DNA of 64,000 nt. Origin: Diplonema japonicum (taxonomy: Eukaryota; Protista; Euglenozoa: Diplonemea). The position numbers and the translations under genes are program-made. Below, in pieces: positions 10,681 through 21,784 of the stretch. The notes beneath the pieces were generated by a model that ran no database searches, was not told the DNA's origin, and was given only the letters and a program-made list of their open reading frames with translations. Positions within the stretch are counted from its first letter, which is position 1; each line of letters opens with the position of its first letter. The stretch is from positions 310,001-374,000 of the forward strand of contig OZ025674.1 of NCBI GenBank assembly GCA_964019335.1. The letters run 5' to 3'.

Positions 10681-11631
10681 ATGGTGTCGACAAAACGGCC
10701 GAAAACGATGAACGAGTTTGTCGCAGAGGAAAGGGAGATCAGGTTCAACTGTTCCGCCCCGTGTGCAAAGGGTAAGGTCGAAGCCGGGCTGCGAACTTGC
10801 ATGACGCTGAAGATGAAAAAAAAAGTCGGGAGTTACACAGAACCCCCCGCCCAACAAGGAAAAAAATGGGAGGCACCCTTGATGACCAACACGACAGAAG
10901 TCTTAGGCAACAGAAGCAGCATCCCCGTCCCAGTAGCCATCATGTCTCTCCTGTTCCTCCCTCCTTCAGATCTTAGACAATGCGCTCTAGTATGCAAAGA
11001 CTGGCTTGTTGCGCTCCGAGATGACCCCATTCTGTCAAAAACACTCCCTGCCTTTGACTGGTCAGGGACAGACTATGATGAAGAAGGCATCGTCTTCTAC
11101 TACGGAACACTCTTTGGAACACGTGATGTGTGGACTAACCCCGCGAAGGCAGTCATGAGCCCCATGACTGTCCACGCCTCGTCCACCCTCAAGGACAGGT
11201 ATTGTGGACCTCTCTCGCAGCTTGTGCACCGAACCGTGGGCTCGTTCTCTACTAACTACTATCCTTACTCATGGGTCGCGGTGGACTTTGGTGAGCATTT
11301 CGGTGTCTCTCCCACGCACTATACGCTTGGGACCAGTACCGAGCTCACTTCGTACCCCGTCTCCTGGCAGCTCTTTGGGTGTAGGGTGCCTCCTGCAGAC
11401 ACCAGCGACATGGATATTTGGTTGTCGTGGGAGCTTATTGATGAGGTTAAGAACTTCTCGTTCAGCACGACAATTTTGTCCTCCACCTTCCCCGTCGATG
11501 TGCCTCCCATAACGCCTTACCGCTTCCTCCGAATCGTCCAGACATCTCTCAACCAGCAGTACGGACACGCCTTGGTGGTCTCCGGGCTTGAATTTTACGG
11601 ACACCTTGTTAAAAAGAAAAAGATCGTTTAG
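10681..11631 (+). CDS. F-box protein with a C-terminal HECTD1-like galactose-binding/discoidin-type domain
   Basis: F-box IPVPVAIMSLLFLPPSDLRQCALVCKDW. The segment DYDEEGIVFYYGT...WTNPA...SWVAVDFG...PTHYTL...YRFLRIVQT...LVVSGLEFYG matches the domain found in HECTD1 and plant BTB proteins. Confidence 0.85.
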   Translation: MVSTKRPKTMNEFVAEEREIRFNCSAPCAKGKVEAGLRTCMTLKMKKKVGSYTEPPAQQGKKWEAPLMTNTTEVLGNRSSIPVPVAIMSLLFLPPSDLRQCALVCKDWLVALRDDPILSKTLPAFDWSGTDYDEEGIVFYYGTLFGTRDVWTNPAKAVMSPMTVHASSTLKDRYCGPLSQLVHRTVGSFSTNYYPYSWVAVDFGEHFGVSPTHYTLGTSTELTSYPVSWQLFGCRVPPADTSDMDIWLSWELIDEVKNFSFSTTILSSTFPVDVPPITPYRFLRIVQTSLNQQYGHALVVSGLEFYGHLVKKKKIV

Positions 11632-11810
11632 AAAAAAAAAAAAAAAAAAAGAAAGAATGAAGAAAAAAAAAGAACCTCTCTCTTCGTTTACACGAAAGGG
11701 TAGTAAAAAAAAAAAAAAGAGGAACCAAAAAGAAAAGATAGACAACGATACCAAATCCCCCCTCCCCCCCATATTCATTAGTTAGAAACATCTCAGGCTT
11801 GGAGGCTGCG

Positions 11811-14060
11811 ATGGGGCTGCCGTCTGGCACTGTCCTGTCGCAAGTCAGCTGCTATGAGTTCCGTGGAATGAAGCTGAAAATCTCGAATAGCCATGTGACA
11901 GTGCGTGTGGACACGGAACAGCAGACGATCAACATTGGGGGGATCGTGAAGCGATGGGGCGAAGTCGTCGATGTGGAGCGAGAAGGCAGCGGGGTGACCA
12001 TCTGGTTCGGCGGGCTGGCGATGGACCTCACGGGACAAGGCGTCCCTGTGCTGTACGAGATGGTGACCTTCTTGCTCGGCCTCCCCGGGTGGGCCGACAA
12101 ACGTGAGGGCGGTGCTCTTCAAGCAGTGCTGTCTGAGTTCAGAGACGAACCAGGCGAAACGCGCACCCAAGCACACCCAACCACTCCACACGTGCACCTT
12201 ATCACATCTACTTATGCAGGTGTGCATGTTGTGAAGGCTCACAACACAGGCTGCACTGCCGTGACCGTATACATCAGTATACAGAATGCACTTGACGGGC
12301 ATGTCGTGCAGCCTCAGGAGTGCAAGATGATCGCGCAAACAAAGGAAAATTACACAATAGTCAAGGTGACCAGCGAGGCGGAAGTCTGTGCGCTGAGCAC
12401 TCTCCTCGAGAGGTACGACGCGGAGACGAAGGAGGGCTTCGTAGATGAAGCCTTCCCACCGACCTCGCAAAGCGTGGGGCCCGTTGGGTACGCGTTTCAG
12501 TGGGTTAAAGGAGGCGAGAGAGACCCAAGCCAACGGGGAGGCTGCACGTTGCTGCGCCCAGGGGAACCGACACCACTGGATATAGACAGAGGATGTCTTG
12601 ATAACAGATGGCTGTGCTCTGTTTTAGCATCGCTTGCGGAGCACCCTGAGGTCATCCGAAGAGTCTTCACCGCAGCTCCTCCCGAGTCAGGCCCTATCAC
12701 GCTCCGCGTTTGTTTGAACTCTTTATGGTGCGAGGACTACCTGGATCGATACCTCCCCGGGGTGAAGGGCGGGGGGACCGCAATGTGCCGATCGGCAAAA
12801 GGTGGTCTATGGGTGTCTATGATGGAAAAGTACATGGCCAAGAGGAAAGGTGGGTACCACCGCCTGGCGAATCTGAAAGTGAAGAGCGTGAAGCACGCCA
12901 TGGAGACCTTCTCAGGTTGCGTGGTCATCGACGAGGTCGCACCTATCACAACGAGCAACATCCTCCCGTTTCTGGAAACCATGAACGGAAGGCCTTACAG
13001 GGCCACGATGCTCGGCTCGGACCGCCCTTTGGACGACGATAATGATAACTGGGAAGAGAGCATGGACCCTGACGACCCGGTCCCTTCAGAGTTCACATCC
13101 TTCAACGCCAAGGTATCCTCGCGTCTTGGGTTGGAGATGGGGTACTACTACTCTGTTCTATCTGTGTCCCCTGGTGTGGTCACTGTGAGGAACCCGTGGG
13201 TCTCGAGTACTGCGAAGTCAAAGATCGATATTCCAATTGAATCTTTACATGAGGTTTTTAATCATGGTTTCTCAGCACGGATCCCGCATAGTGTGGACCT
13301 ACGCGTTCCTATGAAGTTTTACACGCATAAGAACAGCGAGGCGCAACGCCTGACAGCTGCGGGGAAGGTACTTCAACTCACCATCACCGAAGGCGGCCAA
13401 GGGTGGTTCACAGTCGGGATGAACAGAAAATCAGGGAAACAAGAAGCCGGTTTTTTCTTAGTAGAAGACACCCCCGGTGGTGTCATTCGCTTCACGGGCC
13501 TCGCGCAACGAGACTCATCTTCACTAGAACATTTTCTTCGTCCTGGGAAATACTGTGTCGTGCCTGTTATGAGGGAGGCAGGTGTCGGGTTGGGCAAGGA
13601 CGTCATCATCACCATCCTGACAGAAGCGACGAAATGGAAATTCGAGGTTCGAGGGAAGGACAGTATAGGGCTTGTACAGGAGTGCGAAGAACGGTTTCTC
13701 TTGCATTGTTTCCACACACAGTCGGCAGCGTGCAAGGTTATATATGAGAATGAAGGGAAGGGGTGTCTCATTCTGTCTGTGGCGCACTCTTCGTATCGTG
13801 CTCTTCTGGCATTGAATAGGAACGCTTCTCTTACTTGGCATCTTGGGTCTCTTGTTATACCTTCCGGTAGGTGTTCTCTTATTGCAACAACTCCTGACCT
13901 GCCCTCTTCCTTCGTTTCGCCTGTCTCATCCACCCCCCTCCCCCCGGTCCCGCCGATTTCGTACTTAACAACTGTGCTTTCGGCAGCCACGTCCGTGCAG
14001 CTGAACGGCTGTAAGCACAAGCTTAGCGGTGAGACGTGCATTTCAGGTGTATTGGGGTAG
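11811..14060 (+). CDS. Calpain-like cysteine peptidase, catalytically inactive
   Basis: FVDEAFPP...DIDRGCLDNRWLCSVLASLAEHP (QGxLGDCW site degenerate), LWVSMMEKYMAK..GGY..L, GYYYSV in place of GHAYSV, RNPW retained; domain III-like LRPGKYCVVP. Start codon uncertain. Confidence 0.85.
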   Translation: MGLPSGTVLSQVSCYEFRGMKLKISNSHVTVRVDTEQQTINIGGIVKRWGEVVDVEREGSGVTIWFGGLAMDLTGQGVPVLYEMVTFLLGLPGWADKREGGALQAVLSEFRDEPGETRTQAHPTTPHVHLITSTYAGVHVVKAHNTGCTAVTVYISIQNALDGHVVQPQECKMIAQTKENYTIVKVTSEAEVCALSTLLERYDAETKEGFVDEAFPPTSQSVGPVGYAFQWVKGGERDPSQRGGCTLLRPGEPTPLDIDRGCLDNRWLCSVLASLAEHPEVIRRVFTAAPPESGPITLRVCLNSLWCEDYLDRYLPGVKGGGTAMCRSAKGGLWVSMMEKYMAKRKGGYHRLANLKVKSVKHAMETFSGCVVIDEVAPITTSNILPFLETMNGRPYRATMLGSDRPLDDDNDNWEESMDPDDPVPSEFTSFNAKVSSRLGLEMGYYYSVLSVSPGVVTVRNPWVSSTAKSKIDIPIESLHEVFNHGFSARIPHSVDLRVPMKFYTHKNSEAQRLTAAGKVLQLTITEGGQGWFTVGMNRKSGKQEAGFFLVEDTPGGVIRFTGLAQRDSSSLEHFLRPGKYCVVPVMREAGVGLGKDVIITILTEATKWKFEVRGKDSIGLVQECEERFLLHCFHTQSAACKVIYENEGKGCLILSVAHSSYRALLALNRNASLTWHLGSLVIPSGRCSLIATTPDLPSSFVSPVSSTPLPPVPPISYLTTVLSAATSVQLNGCKHKLSGETCISGVLG

Positions 14061-14193
14061 TTCTCTCTTTTTTTTTTTTTTTCCCCATCTCCCCCCCCCA
14101 CCCACCCACCCCTTGCTTCCTTCGGTAGACGTTTTCCCTGTTCCCAAAGGGATTAAGGCGAGCCCTTTGATGGGTTTTCCTCTTTTTTTTTAA

Positions 14194-15972
14194 CCCATAA
14201 CACTCCAAGGCGCAAATATTTGTCGTTTTGAAAAATCGTTTTTTCTCTAAGGACTTTTTCGTCCCCACGACCCCTGGATCTCCAAGAACGACTATAGTGA
14301 GGAGTTATTTTCAACTGCAATTCATGCTGCGCTGCATCACTTTAACTTGTTATCCACCCACCAAGTGGGTCCCAAATCCGAGTAGATAGGCTAAAAACGC
14401 AAAATAACGGGTGTGCATACTGTGCCCAAATTGTTCCCAAAAAACGCAAAGGTAAAGCCAAAACAGCTACGGACGAGGTCCAACCTTCATGGGTAAGGGA
14501 GTTGGTACCCATAGAGACCATAAAATAGGCCAGTGGGGAGAAAAAAAGCTGTCCCGTGGTACGCAGAAACCTGATGACGCAAAATGGTTATTCCTTCGGT
14601 TTTTTTATAAGAAGCTAACAGACGTCATCCAAGAAGAGACAAACAAGCAAAAGGACGCTGAGATTGATAAAATTTCGACCCAGGACTCCACCGCTTACTC
14701 GGATTGAGCATTGCGATGGGTTTACGGCGTGCCCAGAATCAGCAGTCGTATTGGTCCACAGGACGCCCATGAAAATCCCTCTTTTCAGTAACACGATGCC
14801 CAGGAGACGCTACTGGGAAATCAAACGTAGCCTCCACTTCACTCACACAGAAGAGTCAAACGGTGATGTGTTGTGAAGATACGAGGGTTTCTGGACAGAA
14901 TTGGTGACAAGTGGGCAAAAGCAGCAGTGCCAGGAAAATAATTAAGCATTGACGAGACACTCGTACCTTCACGGGGCAATTGGGGGGCTGCGGGTCTACT
15001 GTCCTTTCAAGCGTAAAAGATATGGCATAAAAATGTACTGCCTAAACTGCGCGAGCACGGGTTATCTTTTGCGTTTTCACATCCACGCCACCAAAATCGA
15101 GGGGCACGCACTTGAAGATTTCAGTGTTGTGGAAAAAGCGGTGCTGGGGTTAACAGAGCCTTTCCGGGGAAATGACAACACGGTAGTTTGCAATAACTAC
15201 TTTTCGACTGTGGGTCTGGCCGAAGCCCTGTGAAATAACTGTGAGGGGCTTGCATTTCGTTGGGTGTTGCGGACTCTTCTGGTGGACCCTAGAAGTGACA
15301 ATAGTTAACTGCCATGCACTTCAAATAAAATATGGTTCAGGGATGCCAAAGAGATACACAACCCTGGCTGCTTTAAAGAGCGCTTTCGAGAGAGCCTAAT
15401 TGATGGGTCCAGCGTTGCAAAAACACCACTCCCGGCACCCAACTAGTGGTGCACACACACCCGATACCCCAGATTACACCAAACGTGACCGCTAGCCACT
15501 CAAAGGGGGCACCTCCAGGGTCTGCAGGTTGAAAGAATGCACAAAACGCACAATCTACAAATGCTACACCTGAAACCAACACCTCTGTCCAAATAAGTGC
15601 TTTTTTCGTACCACTCTTCCATCACCCTCTTGACGATTTCGAGGCCGATATTCCACCCGCAAATAGGCACTTCTCTCGGTCTGAGACATCTGAGGGGTCC
15701 TGATGCTGCCTTTCTTGTCCCAGGATGCTCAATTTACACCCCCCCCGTGCACAACCCATTTTGACATGGTCGTTTTTGAGCACCCTACGGCCATTCAACT
15801 CTTCATCCCCTTTGTATTTTTATTAATTTTTGAACTTTTTTTTTTAATTTTCCTGGTCCAAAAAACCCGTTTTACCTGCAAACGGGGGTTGAATGCTGCC
15901 ATTTTCCCCCTCAAATTATGAAAAGGAGCAAAAAAGGGACCCCTATGTAGATAGGCCCCGGAGTGTTATGGG
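14194..15972 (+). mobile_element. Decayed piggyBac transposon, 1,779 bp
   Basis: TTAA TSDs (14190-14193, 15973-15976) and 13-bp TIR CCCATAACACTCC. Broken transposase: MPRRRYWEIKRSLHF, LSIDETLVP, KRKRYGIKMYCL, VVCNNYFSTV (Asp to Asn) and a Cys-rich tail. Confidence 0.92.
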
Positions 15973-16059
15973 TTAAACTGTAAAGCATTTAATTCCGCGC
16001 AAAGAAGATAAAAAAAAAAAAAAAAAACCCCGAAAATCTTTTTTTTTTTTTTTTTTGAA

Positions 16060-16233
16060 GGGCCGTAAGTGAACACTAAAGGATGTTACAGAGGTTTCCT
16101 TCAACCCACAGAACACAAGGTTCCGTGCGGAAAAAGGTGTGGTGGTGCTCTGGACTAGAAGGGTCGCAATGGAAGCACCCACGTTGATCCTCACCGCCCC
16201 CGCTTCGGGAAGACCAGGAGTTCTAGTCGGCCC
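16060..16233. ncRNA. Candidate structured RNA with a four-way junction
   Basis: GGGCC/GGCCC closing stem, AACA/TGTT, CAGAG/CTCTG and GACTAGAA/TTCTAGTC helices nearly abut one another. GC-rich island between a T-tract and an A-tract. No family recognised. Confidence 0.35.
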
Positions 16234-16941
16234 ACAAAAAAAAAAAAAGGTGTATAAGGAAAAGGAAAATTTTCCTTGTGGGAGTTTCTATTGTTTCACA
16301 GTATCGTATTCTTTTTTTTTAATTAGATCGTTAATCTCCCCCGCCCATATATATATATATATTTTTTTTTTTTTCTTTTTTTTTTTTCTGTTTTATTTTT
16401 AGATTCTTTACATGTATACAAAAGAGAAAAAAAAAAAAGAAAACGAAGAAAAGAAAATGTGCAGTATGAAAAAAAAAAAAGAGGGGGATCTCACAAAAGA
16501 AAAAAAAAATGAAAACGAAAAGGAAGAAAAAAGAAAACACTGTCCCCCGCTCTTTCTCCAAGGAATAAAAGAGAAAGAAAAAGAAAAAGAGAAAGAAAAA
16601 AGAATAGTAGTTGCCAGCTTAGCCACCCCCCCCCCCCCCCCTTCTCTGAATCTTATTCGAAAAAAGAAAACGCCATGTTTTTGGCTTGGGACACCTTTTT
16701 CCAGATTGCGTGTAAATTCTTTCCTCCCTCTCTTTTTTCCTCCTTTTTTTTTTCTTAACCAACACGAAAATAAAATAATGTTCCGGAGAAGAAAGGAAAC
16801 CTTGTCGTCCTTTGGCGGCACTCTGGCCGAGGAAAGACCTTACTCGAGAAAAAAAAAAAAAAGAAAACTGTTTGTTTTTTATTCTCCCCTTTTATTACGA
16901 CCAAAGCTTCGCAACGTTATTCCTATTCGGTCCCTTTCGTC

Positions 16942-17001
<60 letters not shown>

Positions 17002-17049
17002 ATAGAAAAAATCGCTAGACAAAAAAGAAATATATATATATATAAAATA

Positions 17050-18993
17050 ATGTCAGCCCACCGATTCCAAATAGCGACATCCACCGTCACTGTGAAACAA
17101 TGCAGAGGTACGAAGTCGGCCACAGCAAAGGTTCTCCTCTTCAGCGATGGCAGTCATGAGATCGACACGCTGGGGGTGAACATCGAGGAAGATCTCATGA
17201 AAGAGATCATGAGGGGGCTTCCAAGAGTGAGCGGGTTGACGGAAACAACAACGACCACAACGCGCAGCATGGGGTGCGGCAACAACGCCAAAGTGCAGGT
17301 CCCCACTAAACCGGCCTCTGATGCTGACCGCAACGAGGTGCAAAGAGTCTTCAAAAACTTTGACAAGGATGAGTCACGCTACCTTGAACCCTCTGAGTTC
17401 AAGTCACTCTGCAGTGAACTTCTTGGGAAGGAAATCACCGCCGACTCTGCCATGTTCATGCTGCAGGCTATGGATAAGGATAAAAACCAGAAGATCTCTG
17501 TCGACGAGCTTGCAGCCCACTGGCCTGGTGTCCGGGAATTCCTCAATGCAAGACTCAAGGATACCCCGGAGCAGGTTTCCACGCCCTCCTCAGCAAGACC
17601 AACAAAAACGCCTGCGACAGACGCCGCAGAGCCCGCAAAACCACAGGACACATCTGCAAAGCCCTCCCCCGACCCCTATGCTGGGAAGAAGATCATCGGT
17701 GGTGCCGCAAAGTACATGACCGACTTGGAGAAGGCCGTCTTCCACGAAGTGAACATCGCAAGGACGCAGCCACACTTCTACGCTGACCTCATCGAGAAGC
17801 AGTCCACTTACATCAAAGACAGTGTTCTCTCGGAGCCCGAAGGTGCCTTCATGAGAGTCACAGAACCGGAAGCATGGCCTGAGGCTGTGAAAGTTCTACG
17901 GGAAATGACACCCTTGCAACCCCTCAAGAAGGCACCTCTGGGGTTATATTTAGCCTCCAAGGACCACGCCAGAGACCAAGCCAGGACAGGGGAGGTCGGG
18001 CACACTGGAAAGGACGGCTCGTCAAGCGGTTCGAGGTGCAAGAAGTACGGTTCGTGGGGCGGGGGGTGCGGGGAGAATATCTCGTACGGCTGCGCCGCTG
18101 CGCGTGGCATCATGATGCAGCTGATCATCGACGACAGCGTGCCATGCCGTGGGCACAGGACCAACATCTACAATCCAGGGTGGACATGCGGCTCTATTGC
18201 TTGTGGGCCGCACAAGACGTACGCTGCTATGTGTGTCCAGAACTTCGCCTGTTCCTACGGGGAAGGGAAGAAGACCAACTCGAACTTTGCGAGAAGCATG
18301 AAACTAATGAAAAAGACAAATGGGATTGAGGAAGAGGAAGAGGAGGAAGTGAAGCCCGTGAAAACTAAGCAGCCAGTGAGGAAGCGCAACGTGCCTGTGA
18401 GAGAAGAGGTGCTCCGTGTGTACACCGCCTCCGAGTGCGAGAGGAGCAAGCAGGCGGTAGCGCTGCTGGACGAGGCTGGTGTGCAGTACGACGCGTGCGA
18501 CATTGACAACGATGAGTCTTACTTCAGTGCGGTGGTGGGCAACGGGTTTGAGGGCGGGGCCTTCCAGACACCCATAGTGGTCGAAGTAGGGGGGAAGGCA
18601 CACTGGGACATTGACGACATTGGAACCCTGCTGAAGTCGATTATCGCAGATGAGGAGAAGATCGAGCAGGCAGAGGTTGAAGCACCATCTCAGACACCCC
18701 TCGAGGCCCTCTTGTCTAAGGCCTTCAAGCCCGTGCACGTCGCCGCCATAAAAAGGCTCTTCTCGGAGCACACTCAAGGAGGGCTTACCAAGGACGAAGC
18801 GGACGCTTTCCTCACTGATCTCCACAACAGCCTGCACCTCCCTGTCCCTTGTGATGAAACACAGCGCTCCAACATCGTGAGCCTCTTTCGCAGCCACGAC
18901 AAAGACCGCAACGGCCGCCTGTCGACCACAGAGCTCGCAGAGTACCTGACGTCCGCCGAGTTTGCAGCACAAATGAAGATTCCGGGTTCATAA
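17050..18993 (+). CDS. EF-hand / CAP(SCP) / glutaredoxin-like / EF-hand multidomain protein
   Basis: EF loops DKDESRYLEPSE, DKDKNQKISVDE and DKDRNGRLSTTE. CAP motifs HARDQ...GHTGKDGS...GENISYG...DDSVPCRGHRTNI. Grx-like VYTASECERSKQA...TPIVVEVGG. Confidence 0.85.
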   Translation: MSAHRFQIATSTVTVKQCRGTKSATAKVLLFSDGSHEIDTLGVNIEEDLMKEIMRGLPRVSGLTETTTTTTRSMGCGNNAKVQVPTKPASDADRNEVQRVFKNFDKDESRYLEPSEFKSLCSELLGKEITADSAMFMLQAMDKDKNQKISVDELAAHWPGVREFLNARLKDTPEQVSTPSSARPTKTPATDAAEPAKPQDTSAKPSPDPYAGKKIIGGAAKYMTDLEKAVFHEVNIARTQPHFYADLIEKQSTYIKDSVLSEPEGAFMRVTEPEAWPEAVKVLREMTPLQPLKKAPLGLYLASKDHARDQARTGEVGHTGKDGSSSGSRCKKYGSWGGGCGENISYGCAAARGIMMQLIIDDSVPCRGHRTNIYNPGWTCGSIACGPHKTYAAMCVQNFACSYGEGKKTNSNFARSMKLMKKTNGIEEEEEEEVKPVKTKQPVRKRNVPVREEVLRVYTASECERSKQAVALLDEAGVQYDACDIDNDESYFSAVVGNGFEGGAFQTPIVVEVGGKAHWDIDDIGTLLKSIIADEEKIEQAEVEAPSQTPLEALLSKAFKPVHVAAIKRLFSEHTQGGLTKDEADAFLTDLHNSLHLPVPCDETQRSNIVSLFRSHDKDRNGRLSTTELAEYLTSAEFAAQMKIPGS

Positions 18994-19118
18994 AAACCAC
19001 CACCACCCTTTACTAAGGGCGGTTTGTACATCTAGTATTTCACTCCAGTTTTTCTCCCCCCCTCTTCTTCTCTCTCACTCTCGTTATTCACCAAAACAAA
19101 GAAGGAAGGGGAGGGAAA

Positions 19119-19956
19119 ATGAAGCGGTCGGCGGCAGAAGGAGCGTTGGTATCGCTGCAAGAGGAGAAAAAGAGACGGGAAGGAGCGGGAGAGGTGGTGG
19201 TGGGGGGCGTCACCGGGAGCAAGATGGGACAGGTTGTAAGGGCGAGGACGTCAGAACTAGAAGCACCAGTGATGCTCCTCACAGGACACCAGTCGGAGGT
19301 GCTATGCTTGGAGTTCAGCCCACAAGGAAACACACTGGCGTCGGCAGGGGCAGACAGGATGATATACATCTGGAACGTGTACGGGCAGTGCCCGAACCTA
19401 CACCGCTTCAAGGGCCACACAAATGCGATATTACAACTGAAATACAACGACACAGGGTCACAGATATACACAGCCTCCGCGGACAGCACAGTCTGCATAT
19501 GGGACGTCGAGAGCCAGACACGAGTGAAGAAGATACAACACACCAAAGAGATAGTGAACACCTGCTCCACGTCGAGGACAGGGGCACCACTCCTCCTTGC
19601 TGGCGGGGATGACGGGTTTGGCAGGCTGTACGACACAAGAACACCAAAACACGCAGCACAGGAATATGAAGGCGCCTTCCCTGTGACAGCATGCGCGCTG
19701 TCGGAGTCCGGAGACAAGGCGTACCTCGGAGACACATCGGGAGAAATTCAAGTGTGGGAATCACGTAAACAGCAGGTCTTGTACACCCTAGCTGGTCATC
19801 TCGACATCGTTACAGGGCTTGAGGTCCGACAGGACTTCCTGCTCTCCAACTCTGCTGACAACTCATTACGCATGTGGGACACCCGGCCATTCGTTGCAGG
19901 CGGCGACACTGCTCGGTGTGCAAAGGTTTTCTCAGGGCATCAGGTATGTTTTTTTT

Positions 19957-19995
<39 letters not shown>

Positions 19996-20366
19996 CTTGA
20001 AGATTTTTTTTCTCCCACAGCATGGTGCTGATAAAAACCTTCTCCGTTGCGCGTGGCATCCTGAGGGGACCTTTGTCTCGGCTGGCTCCTCTGATAACCC
20101 CCCAACGCACTTTATCTGGCGGGCGTCGACTAGAAAGGTTTGAGGGGTGGGGAATAATAAAAGAATGAATAAAATTTTTTTTTATAGGTGGAATACCAGC
20201 TCCCTGGGCACAAGGCGGGTATTAATGATGTGGCGTTCCACCCTGGTGGACAGATATTTGGGAGTGCTTCTTCTGACAATAAAATGTATGTGGGGGGGAA
20301 TTTTTTTTTTCTCCCCAACTATTTTTCTCTCCTACTCACAGATACCTCGGTGAAATGATGGACTGA
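19119..20366 (+). CDS. SNRNP40: U5 snRNP 40-kDa WD40 protein; exons 19119-19943, 20021-20137, 20188-20285, 20342-20366 (354 aa)
   Basis: RTSELEAPVMLLTGH, DRMIYIWNVYGQC, MWDTRPF, KNLLRCAW, YQLPGH...VAFHP, SSDNKIYLGE. Three GT-AG introns restore the frame. Confidence 0.93.
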
Positions 20367-20653
20367 AAAAAAAAAAAAAAAAGAAAAAAAAAAGAAAAAA
20401 AAATGAAGGAAAATTAGATCATTTGGGTTTTTAGCCCACTTGTGTCTTTTGAAAAAAGCCCCCTCACCCCATATTTTTTTTTAAAAATCAAATGAGTGTT
20501 TCCTTTTTTTTTTCTTTCTGTTTCCCCCTTTTCTTTTTTTCTGTCTCTCTGTTCCATATTTGTAATTTCAACTCCCCCAACCAAAAAGGTGCCCACCAAC
20601 ACTTTTATTTTATTTTTCTCCACTTTTTTCCCTTTTTTTTCAAAAAAAAAAAA

Positions 20654-21235
20654 ATGTTCGCTACTACCAAAATGCTGAGGTCGGTTGCCATGGCCACCAT
20701 GCCCAAGATCGGGAGGGTGGTGCAGATGCCCGCCCCCGTGGCGTCTGTGGCCGATGTTATGATGAAGGAGGACCTCTTGCAGGGCAAGAGGAAGAACGTG
20801 GCCATGGAGGAGCAGAAGAGCTCTCTGGTCGAGGCCATGCTAGGTGACTTCATGATGCCCCAGCGCACAGTTGTCGAGGAGGTGTTGGTTGATGACTTCA
20901 CAGCGGAAGCGAAATCTGCGTCTGTTGTGGATATGATGATGGGAGACTTCTTCATGCCCCCCACTGCTGTGAACATGATGGACCTTGAGGCCAAGATGGA
21001 GGCCGCACCTGCTCCTGCTCCTGCTACTTCCTTTACTCTTGCATCTATGGATGATTTTTTCATGCCTGCGCAGGCGGTCTCTGTGCTCGATTTGGAGGCC
21101 ACCGAGGAGCCAAGCATGTCTCTTGCTGATGCTATGATGGGTGATTTCTTCTTCCCTGTTCAGGTTGCAGCGTCTGAGGACATTATTACTGAAATGCTTT
21201 CAGAGGAATTCCCAGCTGTAGGGCAGAAGAGCTGA
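20654..21235 (+). CDS. Met-rich acidic repeat protein of unknown function (193 aa)
   Basis: GC-rich coding-like island after an A-tract. Repeated (S)[LV]xxxM[ML]GDF[FM][MF]P motif; basic, presequence-like N-terminus. Confidence 0.75.
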   Translation: MFATTKMLRSVAMATMPKIGRVVQMPAPVASVADVMMKEDLLQGKRKNVAMEEQKSSLVEAMLGDFMMPQRTVVEEVLVDDFTAEAKSASVVDMMMGDFFMPPTAVNMMDLEAKMEAAPAPAPATSFTLASMDDFFMPAQAVSVLDLEATEEPSMSLADAMMGDFFFPVQVAASEDIITEMLSEEFPAVGQKS

Positions 21236-21753
21236 GTTGGTCAGTAAAAAAAAAAAAAATAATAATAATAAATAATAATAAAAAGAAAAAAAAGGGGAAG
21301 GGAGAAAAAAAAAGATTTTTTTTTTGATCACACTTTTTTTTTTTTTTTATCAATCCATCATATTCCCCCAACTTTCCCCTTTCCCCCCTCTTTTTTACCC
21401 CTTTTAAAACAAACAGCGTGTGATGCTCCCTTTTTTTTTCCCCCTTTTTTTTTTTCGAATTTTGAAAATTTTTTATTTCTCCTTTTTTTTTCTTTTGTTT
21501 CTACGATGATTTTTTTTATTCTAAATATTCTCTGTTACCTGAATTAGGGTAGCATTTTTTATTTTTTTTAATTTTTAACACCTTCCCTTCAACTGTATTT
21601 GCCAGATAGGGAAAAAAAACTTTTTTTTTGAGGTGTAAATAAATAGTCAGTAGAAAAAAAGAAAAAAAAAAAAAGGAAATGAAAAAAAAAAAAAAAAAAA
21701 AAAAAAGAAACTGAGAAAAATAAATTATCGTCTGTATTTTCTTTCTTTCTTTC

Positions 21754-21784
<31 letters not shown>

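Noticed and set aside
11811-14060. Inactive calpain as a novelty
   Set aside because: Calpain-like proteins lacking the catalytic triad are already well known in kinetoplastids.
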